Assembly (NCBI GenBank): GCA_045653945.1
Contig: JAZOML010000016.1
Span: forward strand, 12,344-76,343
DNA length: 64,000 nt
Source: Eubacteriales bacterium
GTDB taxonomy: Bacteria > Bacillota > Clostridia > Oscillospirales > CAG-272
Direction of reading: 5' to 3'
Position 1 is the stretch's first letter; every line of letters starts with the position of its first letter. This document shows positions 18,144 to 28,348 of the stretch, in pieces. The position numbers and the translations under genes are program-made. The notes under the pieces are model-generated. The model was not told where the DNA came from, searched no databases, and saw only the letters and a program-made list of their open reading frames with translations.

Positions 18144-18629
18144 TTGGTTATGATAAACGAATTGCCGGTTCTCCAAAAAAACGATACGCAGACCGACACA
18201 AAAACGAGAGTTTGCTTTGTATGTACGGGAAACACTTGCCGTTCCCCTATGGCGGCGGCAACGCTTAACCACCTCGGCAAGGGCGCATATTTTGCCGCAT
18301 CCGCAGGGCTTTCGGCGGTTACGGGAGACCGTATATCAGAAAACGCCGTAAAGGCACTTGAAAACGCAGGGATTAAAAGCACCCCCGAAAACAATTATAA
18401 GGAGCATAGAGCAATCGAAACGAGCGAGGAATTTCTTGAACGCTTTGATAAAATCGTTGCAATAAGCAAAAGCCACGCCTTCAATTTGATATGCTCCTAT
18501 CCCACCCTCGCAGGCAAAATAACGGTTATGCCAACCGATATCCCCGACCCATTTATGTACGGAGAACAGGTGTATAACAAATGCCTTGACACAATAATCA
18601 AATGCATAAAGGAGCTTTTTGCATTATGA
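18144..18629 (+). CDS. Low-molecular-weight phosphatase (YwlE-like protein arginine/tyrosine phosphatase)
   Basis: VCTGNTCRSPMA P-loop and DIPDPF. Confidence 0.88.
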   Translation: MVMINELPVLQKNDTQTDTKTRVCFVCTGNTCRSPMAAATLNHLGKGAYFAASAGLSAVTGDRISENAVKALENAGIKSTPENNYKEHRAIETSEEFLERFDKIVAISKSHAFNLICSYPTLAGKITVMPTDIPDPFMYGEQVYNKCLDTIIKCIKELFAL

Positions 18630-19078
18630 TAAGATATGCGTGCGGGGACGACCTTGCATTGATAATTGAAGCGGAAAAACAGTGTTTTTTGGGCGACCCT
18701 TGGGGTGATAATACCGTTGCTTCAATGATAACTGACGAAAACGTAGGCTTTGCCCTATACTTTTCCGATGATGACCAAAAAAACCTTGCAGCCTACCTCG
18801 TATACTCCAAAACCGACCCTATTGAGCTTTATAAAATCGCTGTCCTTCCTGCCCACCGTAAAGGGGGACTCGGCGCTTTTCTTATGAACGTACTCCTTTC
18901 CGTTGCTGCCGAAAGTGAGGAAAGACGCATCGTTTTAGAGGTACGCGAGGGGAATACCGCCGCCATTTCACTCTATAAGAAATTCGGATTTAAGATGGAC
19001 TGTGTGCGCAAAAACTACTACAAAAACCCAACCGAAAATGCGATACTTATGTCGCTCGATTTAAACGAAAGGCAATAA
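18626..19078 (+). CDS. rimI: Ribosomal protein S18 alanine N-acetyltransferase-like GNAT
   Basis: IAVLPAHRKGGLG, LEVREGNTAAISLYKKFGF, RKNYY..P.ENAILM. ATGA overlap with the phosphatase. Confidence 0.85.
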   Translation: MIRYACGDDLALIIEAEKQCFLGDPWGDNTVASMITDENVGFALYFSDDDQKNLAAYLVYSKTDPIELYKIAVLPAHRKGGLGAFLMNVLLSVAAESEERRIVLEVREGNTAAISLYKKFGFKMDCVRKNYYKNPTENAILMSLDLNERQ

Positions 19079-19080
19079 AA

Positions 19081-20094
19081 ATGCTGATACTTGGAATTGA
19101 AAGTTCTTGTGATGAAACCGCAGCCTCTGTTTGCGAATTTACAAGCGACGGACAAAAGAAAATTCTTTCAAACGCAGTTGCATCGCAAATAGCAATACAT
19201 AGACTCTACGGTGGCGTCGTTCCCGAAATCGCCAGCCGAGCACATAGCGAGGCTATCTGCCCGATAGTTACCGAGGCGCTTGAAACATCGGGAAAAACGC
19301 TTGACGATATCGACGCAATAGCAGTAACCTCTACCCCCGGTCTTATCGGAGCGCTGCTCGTCGGCGTAAGCTTTGCAAAATCCCTTGCATACGCAACAGG
19401 AAAGCCGCTTATAGCCGTAAACCACATAAAAGGACACGTAGCGGCAAACTATTTCGTATTCCCCGACTTAAAGCCACCATTCCTTGCAGCAGTTGTTTCA
19501 GGCGGACACACCTCTATAATTAAGGTAAACTCATATACCGACTTTGAGCGTATCGGAAGAACACGCGACGATGCGGCAGGCGAGGCTTTTGACAAGGTAG
19601 GACGCGTTATGGGACTTTACTACCCCTGCGGAGCGGAAATGGATAAGCTCGCAAGCGAGGGCGACAGTACCGCGTTCAAATTTCCTCTCGCCGCTATCCA
19701 CGACGAAACACTTGACTTTTCCTTCAGCGGACTTAAAACCGCAGTGCTTAACACCTTAAATGGCTTTGCACAAAAGGGTACAGAGTACAAAAAAGAGGAT
19801 ATTGCGGCATCATTTACCGCCTCGTTTACCGAATCGGTTGCAAAAAAGCTTGAACAAGCCCTGCACCGTACCGAAATGAATACGCTTGTTCTTGCAGGCG
19901 GTGTTTCCGCAAACTCTCACCTTCGCAAAGCCCTTGCCGATATGTGCGAGAAAAATGGCGTACGCTTCTGCTGTCCCCCTCTCTCCCTATGCGGAGATAA
20001 CGGTGCTATGATAGCCGCACAAGGCTATTACGAATACCTCGACGGCAATATTGCCGACATCGACTTAAACCCCGAGGCATCGGGAACATTTTAG
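19081..20094 (+). CDS. tsaD: tRNA N6-adenosine threonylcarbamoyltransferase TsaD
   Basis: LGIESSCDETAA, GGVVPEIASRAH, VNHIKGH, VSGGHT, DDAAGEAFDK, DNGAMIA. Confidence 0.95.
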   Translation: MLILGIESSCDETAASVCEFTSDGQKKILSNAVASQIAIHRLYGGVVPEIASRAHSEAICPIVTEALETSGKTLDDIDAIAVTSTPGLIGALLVGVSFAKSLAYATGKPLIAVNHIKGHVAANYFVFPDLKPPFLAAVVSGGHTSIIKVNSYTDFERIGRTRDDAAGEAFDKVGRVMGLYYPCGAEMDKLASEGDSTAFKFPLAAIHDETLDFSFSGLKTAVLNTLNGFAQKGTEYKKEDIAASFTASFTESVAKKLEQALHRTEMNTLVLAGGVSANSHLRKALADMCEKNGVRFCCPPLSLCGDNGAMIAAQGYYEYLDGNIADIDLNPEASGTF

Positions 20095-20160
20095 TAATAA
20101 TTCTTTTACCCCAAAGCAACATACTGAATTTTTATCAAGATTAAATTCCACAGAGTAACC

Positions 20161-20208
20161 CGGTGGCGTTTATATAAAAGTTTTTGCGAGGCTTTTTTTC
20201 AAAAAGCC
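20161..20208 (-). repeat. Family A copy 4 (reverse orientation; hairpin faces the icd start)
   Basis: AAGTTTTTGCGA-GGCTTTTT-ttc-AAAAAGCC on the plus strand. Confidence 0.75.
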
Positions 20209-20233
20209 GAAAAATAAAAAGGAGAACCCAAAA

Positions 20234-21400
20234 ATGAGAAACTACGAAAACGAAATTGCTATTGCAAAAGAAAAATTTGAAGCAGTGCTTCGCTCCCAGC
20301 TTGAAAGAAACGAGCGCATTATGGCTAACCGCGAGGACGTCGATTTTGAGCACCTCGACAAAATAGTCATCGGTATCTGCGGAGGCGACGGAATCGGCCC
20401 GATTATCACCAACGCTGCTCAAAGAGTTCTTGAATATATGCTTGCCGACGACGTAAAGAGCGGCAAGATTGAATTTAAGGTTATCGACGGACTCACCATT
20501 GAAAACCGTGTCGCTCATATGCAGGCTATCCCCGATGACGTTATGGCAGAGCTTAAAGCTTGCCACGTTATCCTCAAAGGCCCCACCACCACCCCCAAGA
20601 AGGGCGATCCGTGGCCGAACATCGAGAGCGCAAACGTTGCTATGAGAAAGGCTCTTGACCTCTTTGCAAACGTTCGTCCCGTAAGAGTTCCCGAGCAGGG
20701 AATTGACTGGACCTTCTTCCGCGAGAACACCGAGGGCAGCTATGCTGTCGGTTCTCAGGGCGTTGCGGTTACCGACGAGCTATCCGTTGACTTTTGCGTT
20801 GCAACCACCGAGGGTACCGAGCGTATCGCAAAGGCAGCCTTTGACTACGCAAGAAAAAACAAGAAGGGCAAGGTTTCCATTATCACCAAGGCTAACATTA
20901 TCAAGGCAACCGACGGTAAATTCCTTGACCTGTGCTACAAGGTAGCAAAGAACTACCCCGAAATTGAAACCGACGACTGGTTTGTTGACATCACCACCGC
21001 AAAGCTTGTTGACCCCAAGCGCCGTACCTCCTTTAAGGTATTCGTTCTTCCTAACCTCTACGGCGATATCATCACCGACGAGGCAGCTGAATTCCAGGGC
21101 GGAGTAGGTACCGCAGGCTCCGCTAACATCGGACACCGCTACGCTATGTTCGAGGCAATTCACGGCTCCGCTCCCCGTATGATCAGCGAGGGCAGAGGAC
21201 AGTACGCAGACCCCTGCTCTATGCTCAGAGCAACCGTAATGCTTCTCTCTCACATCGGCTATCAGGACAAAGCTGACGCTCTTGAGGCGGCTCTTGACAA
21301 GTGTATGTTCACCGAAAAGAAGTACGTAATCACGGGTCGCGACACAGGTGCAACCTGCGAGCAGTTCTCCGACTACGTAATGGAAACCATACTTTCTTGA
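20234..21400 (+). CDS. icd: Isocitrate dehydrogenase (isocitrate/isopropylmalate family, probably NAD-type)
   Basis: GDGIGP, SANVAMRK (Ser/Asn isocitrate signature, not IPMDH), FRENTEG, TKAN, NLYGDIITD, EAIHGSAP. Confidence 0.75.
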   Translation: MRNYENEIAIAKEKFEAVLRSQLERNERIMANREDVDFEHLDKIVIGICGGDGIGPIITNAAQRVLEYMLADDVKSGKIEFKVIDGLTIENRVAHMQAIPDDVMAELKACHVILKGPTTTPKKGDPWPNIESANVAMRKALDLFANVRPVRVPEQGIDWTFFRENTEGSYAVGSQGVAVTDELSVDFCVATTEGTERIAKAAFDYARKNKKGKVSIITKANIIKATDGKFLDLCYKVAKNYPEIETDDWFVDITTAKLVDPKRRTSFKVFVLPNLYGDIITDEAAEFQGGVGTAGSANIGHRYAMFEAIHGSAPRMISEGRGQYADPCSMLRATVMLLSHIGYQDKADALEAALDKCMFTEKKYVITGRDTGATCEQFSDYVMETILS

Positions 21401-21440
21401 AAGAAAGTAGGCAAAGAACTTCCCTCACGGGCTACCGCCC
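21390..21440 (+). repeat. Family A copy 5 (icd TGA lies at the hairpin loop)
   Basis: TACTTTCTT-ga-AAGAAAGTA-GGCAAAGAACTT-CCCTCACGGGCTACCGCCC. Confidence 0.85.
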
Positions 21441-21498
21441 ACAGCACAACTTTAAGTTTATGCTAAATCTCCACTTCACATCACGGCGGCGTAAAGAT

Positions 21499-21543
21499 CC
21501 TTCCCCTTTAGGGGAAGGGGAACCGCAATAGCGGTGGATGAGG
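21499..21543. repeat. Different REP-like double hairpin
   Basis: CCTTCCCC-ttta-GGGGAAGG, ACCGC-aata-GCGGT, then GGATGAGG. Confidence 0.6.
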
Positions 21544-21572
21544 CTTTGAAAGAAAGTAGGCAAAGAACTTCC
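21544..21572 (+). repeat. Family A copy 6 (27-bp exact duplicate of 21397-21423)
   Basis: TTGAAAGAAAGTAGGCAAAGAACTTCC. Confidence 0.85.
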
Positions 21573-21662
21573 TTGTAAAACTCATTCGAGAAAACAGGAG
21601 CATCGTTTCACAAAAGGAACTCACGGCATACCAAACAAACACTAATAGAAAGGTAAGCGTAA

Positions 21663-22301
21663 ATGACAGAGCTTTCACCCGCACTTGTGCGCAGACTCCC
21701 AAGATATTTCCGCGCCCTGATAAAGTTTTACGCCAAGGGCAAGGAGCGTATAAGCTCCGATGAGCTTGCGGGCGAAATGGAGCTAGTCCCCTCGCAGGTG
21801 AGAACCGATTTAAAGGCGCTGGGTTGTATAGGTCAACGCAGCTACGGCTACGGAATACCCAATCTTTACAAAAAAATAGCGGACATTCTTCAGCTTTCCG
21901 ATAAGTTCACCGCAGTAATAGTCGGCTCGGGCGACATCATACGCGCGATTTCTAAAACCGAGGTGTTTACAAAACGCGGAATTAAGCTCGGTGCGGTCTT
22001 TACCGACGAGTGCGAGAGGGACTGCTACGACGCCCCTCTATGTATGCAATATTCGCTTAAAGAGTTTATCCGTTATTTTGAAATTACACCCCCCGATATA
22101 GTAATGCTCGGCGGTGAGCATACTCAAGTTGGCTTACTTGAGTATCTTGAGGGCAAGGCGCAGAATAGCGATAAAATGCTTGAAATTTGGAATTTTACAA
22201 GCGATGACCTTGCTTCCGACACTGTAACCGTAAAAAATATCCACCTATCCGACTACATTATGCTCCTTTGCTACGACGCAGGAAAAACGAAAAAAGACTA
22301 A
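21663..22301 (+). CDS. Divergent Rex-like transcriptional regulator
   Basis: Rex N-terminal wHTH (RRLPRY, ISSDELA, QVRTDL, GQRSYGY) with a degenerate Rossmann domain (VIVGSGDII). Confidence 0.7.
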   Translation: MTELSPALVRRLPRYFRALIKFYAKGKERISSDELAGEMELVPSQVRTDLKALGCIGQRSYGYGIPNLYKKIADILQLSDKFTAVIVGSGDIIRAISKTEVFTKRGIKLGAVFTDECERDCYDAPLCMQYSLKEFIRYFEITPPDIVMLGGEHTQVGLLEYLEGKAQNSDKMLEIWNFTSDDLASDTVTVKNIHLSDYIMLLCYDAGKTKKD

Positions 22302-22318
22302 ATTATAGGACTTAAATT

Positions 22319-23368
22319 ATGCAAAAAAAGACATATACCGTAAATTTTGGGAGCGCAGTTGTCGTTTTTCCGAAAAAAGCGGCAAAAAAGATAATAAGCG
22401 GTGAGGCTACCGCAATTGATACCCGAGTACTTTGCGCACTGCTTTCCTTAGGGGACAGTAAGATAACCGAAGCCAAGCTTTGCACCCTTACGGGCTTTGA
22501 CGAAGGCGAGGTTACATCTTCACTTTCCTATTGGCGAGGAGCAGGCGTTATAAGCTGCTCCGACGAAGTAGCTACTGTATCGGAAGAACCTAAAAAAGAG
22601 CTTGACGTACCCGTCGTAACAGAACAACCCAAGGAAAAGAGTGTGGACGAGGACTCAAAGAGAAAGATACTGCACTCTACCGCTATGCCAAAATATTCGG
22701 GTTTGGAAATTTCCGAAATGCTTGATAAGGACGGCGGACGACTTCGTGAAATGATAGACGAATGTCAGCAAATAATCGGACATATATTCAGACCAAACGA
22801 GGTTAACACCGTACTTGGACTTTGCGATTGGTTGGGACTTGAGCCCGACTATGTTATAACGATATTTGCATACTTTGTCGAAAAGAAGCCTGGCTGTAAC
22901 GTCCGTTACATTGAAAAAGCGGCTATCGACCTTGTAAACAATGATATAATAACCCTTGATGACCTTGATAACTACATAAAAGAAAGAGAGCTTTACGAGG
23001 GAATTGCAGGAAATCTTCGTGCCCTTCTCGGCATTGGCGGCAGAGCTTATACTAAAAAGGAAAACGATATGATTAACCGCTGGGCATCTACCTACGGCTA
23101 CTCCTTTGAAATTATACAGCTCGCTTACGAGATTTGCTGCGACGCAAACGGGAAATTCACCTTTGCCTATGCAGGCAAGATACTTGAAACGTGGTATAAC
23201 GCAGGTGTACGTACGCTTGAGGACGCCCAAAAGGAGCATAACGCCTTCAGAGAGCAAAAAGAAAAGGGCTCCGACCTTGCAAAAAGCTTCGACACCTCGG
23301 AGTTTTTCTCAAGTGCGCTAAGTAGAAGCTACAAAAATATGGGTACAAAGCCCGACGATAAAAAATAA
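22319..23368 (+). CDS. DnaD/DnaB-domain replication protein
   Basis: Two DnaD-like repeats (RYIEKAAIDL; FAYAGKILETWYNAGVRTLED). Confidence 0.8.
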   Translation: MQKKTYTVNFGSAVVVFPKKAAKKIISGEATAIDTRVLCALLSLGDSKITEAKLCTLTGFDEGEVTSSLSYWRGAGVISCSDEVATVSEEPKKELDVPVVTEQPKEKSVDEDSKRKILHSTAMPKYSGLEISEMLDKDGGRLREMIDECQQIIGHIFRPNEVNTVLGLCDWLGLEPDYVITIFAYFVEKKPGCNVRYIEKAAIDLVNNDIITLDDLDNYIKERELYEGIAGNLRALLGIGGRAYTKKENDMINRWASTYGYSFEIIQLAYEICCDANGKFTFAYAGKILETWYNAGVRTLEDAQKEHNAFREQKEKGSDLAKSFDTSEFFSSALSRSYKNMGTKPDDKK

Positions 23369-23386
23369 TTTTTAGGAGATAGACTT

Positions 23387-24361
23387 ATGCCCTACTCAAT
23401 TGAAAGCATAAACGAGGCAAAAGGAATAATTGACAGACGCCGTGCGGAGGCTGAGGCTCAGGCGCAGACAAGACTTTTTAAAATCTATGCGCTTTGCCCC
23501 GAAATCAAGGAGCTTGATGCGGAATTTCCGAAAATCGGCGCTAAGATAATCGGACTTTTTGCGGAGAGCTCGTCAGCCGAGGAAAAACAGAAAAAAATAG
23601 ATGAACTGCATAAAAAGAGCGATGAGCTTAACGAAAAAAGAGCCGTTCTGCTCACATCACTCGGTTATCCTGTAAATTATACCGCTCCCGACTATAAGTG
23701 CAAGAAATGTAACGACACGGGATACCTTGAATACAAGATTTGCGACTGTATGAAAAAGGAGCTAACGCTGCTCGGCTTTAAAAATTCGGGACTCGGAGCT
23801 CTTCTCGGAAAGCAAAGCTTTGAAAACTTTTCTCTTGAGTATTATAGCGGTCAAGACCGTGAAACTATGCGCGCAAATCTCGATATTTGCAAGGGTTACG
23901 CCGACACGTTCAGCGATAAATCGGGTTCAATACTGATGATAGGCGGAACGGGACTCGGCAAAACTCACCTATCCACCTCAATCGCCTCGAAAGTAATCGA
24001 AAAAGGCTTTGACGTGCAGTACGTAACTGCGCAAAACCTTATTGATGACTTCATTTTTGAACGCTACCACCGTTCCTTTACCGATGACAGTCCAAACCGC
24101 ACCGATAAATATTTTAAGTGTGAGCTTCTCATAATCGACGACTTCGGTACTGAGGAAAACAATCAGTTCTCGGTATCGGCATTTTATAACCTGATAAATT
24201 CAAGATATAACGAATCAAAAGCGACAATAATCAATACCAACGTCCGACAAAATGCCATAGTTGAACGCTACACCGAGCGCATAGCATCAAGACTGTTCGG
24301 CGAATATACCGTCCTTGCCTTTCCCGGAAAGGACGTAAGAATGCAAAAGCTTATGAAATAA
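23387..24361 (+). CDS. DnaC/DnaI-like AAA+ helicase loader
   Basis: Zn motif CKKCNDTGY..CDC, Walker A GGTGLGKT, Walker B LLIIDDFG, TIINTN, RIASRL. Confidence 0.85.
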   Translation: MPYSIESINEAKGIIDRRRAEAEAQAQTRLFKIYALCPEIKELDAEFPKIGAKIIGLFAESSSAEEKQKKIDELHKKSDELNEKRAVLLTSLGYPVNYTAPDYKCKKCNDTGYLEYKICDCMKKELTLLGFKNSGLGALLGKQSFENFSLEYYSGQDRETMRANLDICKGYADTFSDKSGSILMIGGTGLGKTHLSTSIASKVIEKGFDVQYVTAQNLIDDFIFERYHRSFTDDSPNRTDKYFKCELLIIDDFGTEENNQFSVSAFYNLINSRYNESKATIINTNVRQNAIVERYTERIASRLFGEYTVLAFPGKDVRMQKLMK

Positions 24362-24416
24362 ACGCAGAAAATGCGCACAAAATAAAAAAGACCAATATAA
24401 AAGGAGCAAAAAAACT

Positions 24417-25364
24417 ATGTATACAATAGGAATTGACCTTGGCGGAACAAACATCGCCGCAGGACTTGTTAACGAAAGCTATGAGATAATAAGAAAGGCG
24501 TCCGTCGAAACCAGAGCTCAGCGCCCTGCCGACGAAATCGTTAAGGATATGGCTGCAATTTGTATGCAGCTCTGCAAGGACGAGGGTATCAGCATTGACG
24601 ATATCGAAAACGTAGGTATCGCAACCCCCGGCACTGCCGCGCGTGATACAGGCGTTGTAAAATACGCAAACAACCTTCCCTTCCGTAACTACCCAATAGC
24701 TGCAAAGCTTAAGGAATTTTTACCTGTAAAGAGCGTTACCATTGCAAACGATGCTGACGCAGCCGCATACGGCGAGGTAGTAGCAGGCGCAGGTAAGGGA
24801 CACAAGGACTTCATTATGATTACACTCGGTACTGGTGTTGGCGGCGGTATCGTCGCAAACGGTCAGCTTTACAGTGGCTTTAACTTTGCGGGCGGTGAGC
24901 TTGGACATATGGTTATCGTTCACAACGGTCAGCAGTGCTCCTGCGGAAGAAAGGGCTGCTGGGAGGCATATAGCTCCGCAACCGCACTTATCCGTATGAC
25001 TAAAGAAAAAATGGAGGAGTGCAAGGACAGCTATATGTGGGAGTACTCCAAGGGTGATATCAATAACGTAAGCGGAAGAACCGCATTTGACTGTATGAGA
25101 GCAGGCGATGCGGCGGCCAAAGAGGTTGTTGACACCTACCTTTCTTACCTTGCAACCGGTACTGCAAACATCATCAATATTTTCCAGCCATCCGTTATGG
25201 CATTTGGCGGCGGAGTAGCAAACGAAAAGGATAACCTCATCGTTCCGCTCACCAAAATCGTTCAGGGCGATACCTACGGCACTGACGCCTCTGACCGCAC
25301 AGTTCTTAAGAGCGCAGTTCTCGGCAACGACGCAGGTATTATCGGCGCGGCGGCACTTCGTTAA
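24417..25364 (+). CDS. ROK-family sugar kinase (glucokinase)
   Basis: GIDLGGT, NDADAAA, TLGTGVGGG, GELGH, CSCGRKGCWE, LGNDAGIIGAA. Confidence 0.92.
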   Translation: MYTIGIDLGGTNIAAGLVNESYEIIRKASVETRAQRPADEIVKDMAAICMQLCKDEGISIDDIENVGIATPGTAARDTGVVKYANNLPFRNYPIAAKLKEFLPVKSVTIANDADAAAYGEVVAGAGKGHKDFIMITLGTGVGGGIVANGQLYSGFNFAGGELGHMVIVHNGQQCSCGRKGCWEAYSSATALIRMTKEKMEECKDSYMWEYSKGDINNVSGRTAFDCMRAGDAAAKEVVDTYLSYLATGTANIINIFQPSVMAFGGGVANEKDNLIVPLTKIVQGDTYGTDASDRTVLKSAVLGNDAGIIGAAALR

Positions 25365-25404
25365 GCGTTACCGCAAAAAAATTAAAGAACGCTGCATTTA
25401 TATC

Positions 25405-25438
25405 AAAAAACGGCTACCGTTTTCGGTAGCCGTTTTTT
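25405..25438. terminator. Bidirectional terminator
   Basis: A6-CGGCTACCG-tttt-CGGTAGCCG-T6. Confidence 0.85.
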
Positions 25439-25439
25439 A

Positions 25440-26501
25440 TTATATTTCCTCTTGTGAAAGCAGCATTTCAAAGGTTACGTCATTATTAAAATACCTTGTA
25501 TACTCAATTTCAAGACTCTTGCTTTCTGTGGCAATATACTCAAGATACCTACGCGCAAAGGACTGGTCGGCAATAGTGTACTCATCGGTTACGGGAGTGT
25601 AAATATTTTGCTCCACGTATTCTCTAACCAGCGGCAAACGAATAAATATATGCCAGCCGTTTCCCGACCATACAGGCTCACTGTACTCACCATCATCGAG
25701 CTTCAGAACCGCATCCTCAAGAATAGCTTCCTTCTGCCCCTTCGCAACGTAAACACCCTCTCCTGCATCGGCAGTCCACTCCGACTTTTGCTTTGCCCTC
25801 TCGTCTTTATCGGCAATCCATATTGCGTTTGCAACGTCAACAAACGGCATACCGCTATCAAGCTTTTCTTTTGCTAAAGTTATCTTGGCATAAGCAGCTC
25901 TATCCGAAACGCCCGCAGGCACTTCAAAATAAATTTGAGCATATCGGTAAAAATTTCCGCCCATAACGTCATCTATAATAGCCTCGGGAGTCATATCTAC
26001 ACGATTGTCGATACCCGACTGAAGCAGCTCGCGAAGATGGGGGTCATAACCAAAAGTCAGTTCTGCCTGTTTACGGAACACATTACCCGTAATACGGTTT
26101 TCTATAAGGTGTTTTTTATATCCGTCAAATCCGCCCCGTAAATCTATTTCCTGCGAAACAAATGCGTCTACAACTTCAGCATCACCGTCGTCCAGCTCTA
26201 TGTCATAATAGTCGCAAAGCTGATAAATAAGCTCACGTCTGCGGAGCGTGTCCTCGGTAATCGCCTTTACCGTATTAAATTTTTCATCATCTAATTCCGA
26301 AAATTTTGTGCCGTATATGGAAACGTAATTTCTAAAAAAGAAATATTTGTATTCGTCATAGGTGATATCCTCGCCGTCTACCTCACATACCGTTTTTTCA
26401 TTTATAGAAAATTCTCCAATCTCATCAGCGCACGAAGTAAGCGTTGAAATAAGCGTAAAAATCGCAATAATGCACAGCAGTATTTTTTTCATTTTTTTCA
26501 T
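25440..26501 (-). CDS. PrsA/SurA-like peptidyl-prolyl isomerase lipoprotein
   Basis: Lipobox LTS-C, SurA_N-like region, rotamase end GEYSEPVWSGNGWHIF. Confidence 0.7.
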   Translation of the reverse strand: MKKMKKILLCIIAIFTLISTLTSCADEIGEFSINEKTVCEVDGEDITYDEYKYFFFRNYVSIYGTKFSELDDEKFNTVKAITEDTLRRRELIYQLCDYYDIELDDGDAEVVDAFVSQEIDLRGGFDGYKKHLIENRITGNVFRKQAELTFGYDPHLRELLQSGIDNRVDMTPEAIIDDVMGGNFYRYAQIYFEVPAGVSDRAAYAKITLAKEKLDSGMPFVDVANAIWIADKDERAKQKSEWTADAGEGVYVAKGQKEAILEDAVLKLDDGEYSEPVWSGNGWHIFIRLPLVREYVEQNIYTPVTDEYTIADQSFARRYLEYIATESKSLEIEYTRYFNNDVTFEMLLSQEEI

Positions 26502-26502
26502 A

Positions 26503-28326
26503 TCAGTTATTTCCTATAAATTTATCCGGAAGAGTCGGATACTCCTTATTTACGTCAACAGGCTCATTGTAGGCAACCCTTACCATATTGACAAGAAGTC
26601 TGTTTACAGCTCCCGCGCTGACGTAGAAATCGCCATAGCCGTCTATCGTATAATAGCAACTTCCCGAGAAAAGATAAAATACAAAAGTTTGTTTTCTGCC
26701 GTCAGTATATTCGACGGTAAATCTTGCATACTCGTGCTCCTTAATATCGTTGAAATTAAAGCCGGGCACGTCGCTTATGTAGCCTTCTATGCGCATAGTC
26801 AGCGCAATTTGATAAAACGCAAGTGCGGGGTTTTGTACCTCGTTTTCTCCGTTCAAATCAAACTTAACCTTGCCGTTATCAAACTCAATAGGACAGGTAA
26901 GATTGTCCTGCTCGTCATATATGTAGGTTATTTTACCGTCAACAGCATAATCTTTTTGATAGTAGTTTACCTTACCGGAAACGGAAAGCGACTTGACGTC
27001 GTCGATATACTCATAGAACAAGCGGTCATTTACGTATTCAAGCAAATCCCAATCAAGGAATGTAACAGACGTCTTTTCAACAAGAACAATCATATCATAA
27101 ATGAGTGAATACGCATAGTAGTAACCGTCATTTCCCGAATGGGTGAACATAATATGAGAGGCGTTATCGCCGAACTCATAGTATACCTCAAAGGGCGGGT
27201 TATCGACATCGTAAAAGCCGTACTCCGACATCAGCTTAGTATTCTTATAAAGAGCCCCCTCAGCAGTGCCGTCGCCTGCGCAAACAACCATATAACCCGT
27301 AAGAGAGCCAAGCTTTGCCAGAACGTTTGTACCGTAGTTATCGTCGTTTACGGTATATTTTGCCATAGGCCACTCAAATTCATAGGAGCTCTTGATTACG
27401 TCGTTTGTGTTATTTTCAACGTAACGAATTCTTACAAAGCGCTGACCGTTCTTTTTAAGCTCGAAGCAGTTTGCGGTAAGAGCGCTTTGACCGTCCGCTT
27501 GAAATCCGAGTATCGGATTAAGCAGATTTTCCGAGGAACGAGTTAAAATTGAAATATTGTCAAGCGGAATAATATATACTGCGTTTCTGCCGTCCTCACG
27601 ACAGTAATAGCCACCCTCGGCAGGTATTAAATTGCCTATATAATAGGTGTATTTTTCCCCGCTCCTTGTCTCGATAGTTACACTTACAGGGTTATTCTCG
27701 GTAGCAAGACCGTACTGCGAGAGATTGGTAGCATTTTCCTCTATACGCTGATTTATAACGGTATTACCTGCAGCCGAAATGACCGAAAGCACCGTTTCAC
27801 CCTTAATCGGAGCAAGTCTGCCGTGTTCCTTTACGTAGAAGGAGGAATCCTCATCAGTCGCTCTTAATACGGTAAATCCACCATTTTCACCCAGCCTTGG
27901 ATTGAAAACGGTTACACTTTTTGTGTTTGCTCTGTCAATATAAGGATATAAAAGCACGTCTATACCGTTAGTGGAACGTACCTCTCCCTCAATTAATGTG
28001 ATAGGCTCAGGCGCCTGTTCGTCAGCATTTTCCTGAGCCTGCTCCTCCATTTTAGGAGCAAGAACAAGCAAATACACCAAAAGCAGCGTAACGAACAAAA
28101 CCGCAAAGACAGCTATCGCTATCAGCTGCTTTTTTGTCATACCCTTTTTCTTCTTTTTCCCGTCGGACGTCTCGTCCCCCGAGATAAAGGTTTCAAGCTT
28201 CCGCTCATCGTCAAGGTCGCCGCCGTCGTACTCGGAATTTTGGATACGCTCCTCTTCCCTTGCACCGTCAAGCTCTTGACTCAGCTTAGATGCCTTTATA
28301 TCCTTTTTCTTACTGTTTTTACTCAT
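26503..28326 (-). CDS. DUF4340-domain membrane-anchored protein
   Basis: Charged cytoplasmic N-terminus, one TM, repeated YGL/YGF..P motifs, YTYYIGNLIPAEGGYY; typical partner of Gld-like ABC systems. Confidence 0.7.
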   Translation of the reverse strand: MSKNSKKKDIKASKLSQELDGAREEERIQNSEYDGGDLDDERKLETFISGDETSDGKKKKKGMTKKQLIAIAVFAVLFVTLLLVYLLVLAPKMEEQAQENADEQAPEPITLIEGEVRSTNGIDVLLYPYIDRANTKSVTVFNPRLGENGGFTVLRATDEDSSFYVKEHGRLAPIKGETVLSVISAAGNTVINQRIEENATNLSQYGLATENNPVSVTIETRSGEKYTYYIGNLIPAEGGYYCREDGRNAVYIIPLDNISILTRSSENLLNPILGFQADGQSALTANCFELKKNGQRFVRIRYVENNTNDVIKSSYEFEWPMAKYTVNDDNYGTNVLAKLGSLTGYMVVCAGDGTAEGALYKNTKLMSEYGFYDVDNPPFEVYYEFGDNASHIMFTHSGNDGYYYAYSLIYDMIVLVEKTSVTFLDWDLLEYVNDRLFYEYIDDVKSLSVSGKVNYYQKDYAVDGKITYIYDEQDNLTCPIEFDNGKVKFDLNGENEVQNPALAFYQIALTMRIEGYISDVPGFNFNDIKEHEYARFTVEYTDGRKQTFVFYLFSGSCYYTIDGYGDFYVSAGAVNRLLVNMVRVAYNEPVDVNKEYPTLPDKFIGNN

Positions 28327-28348
28327 TTTAATAAAACCTATTTAAAAT

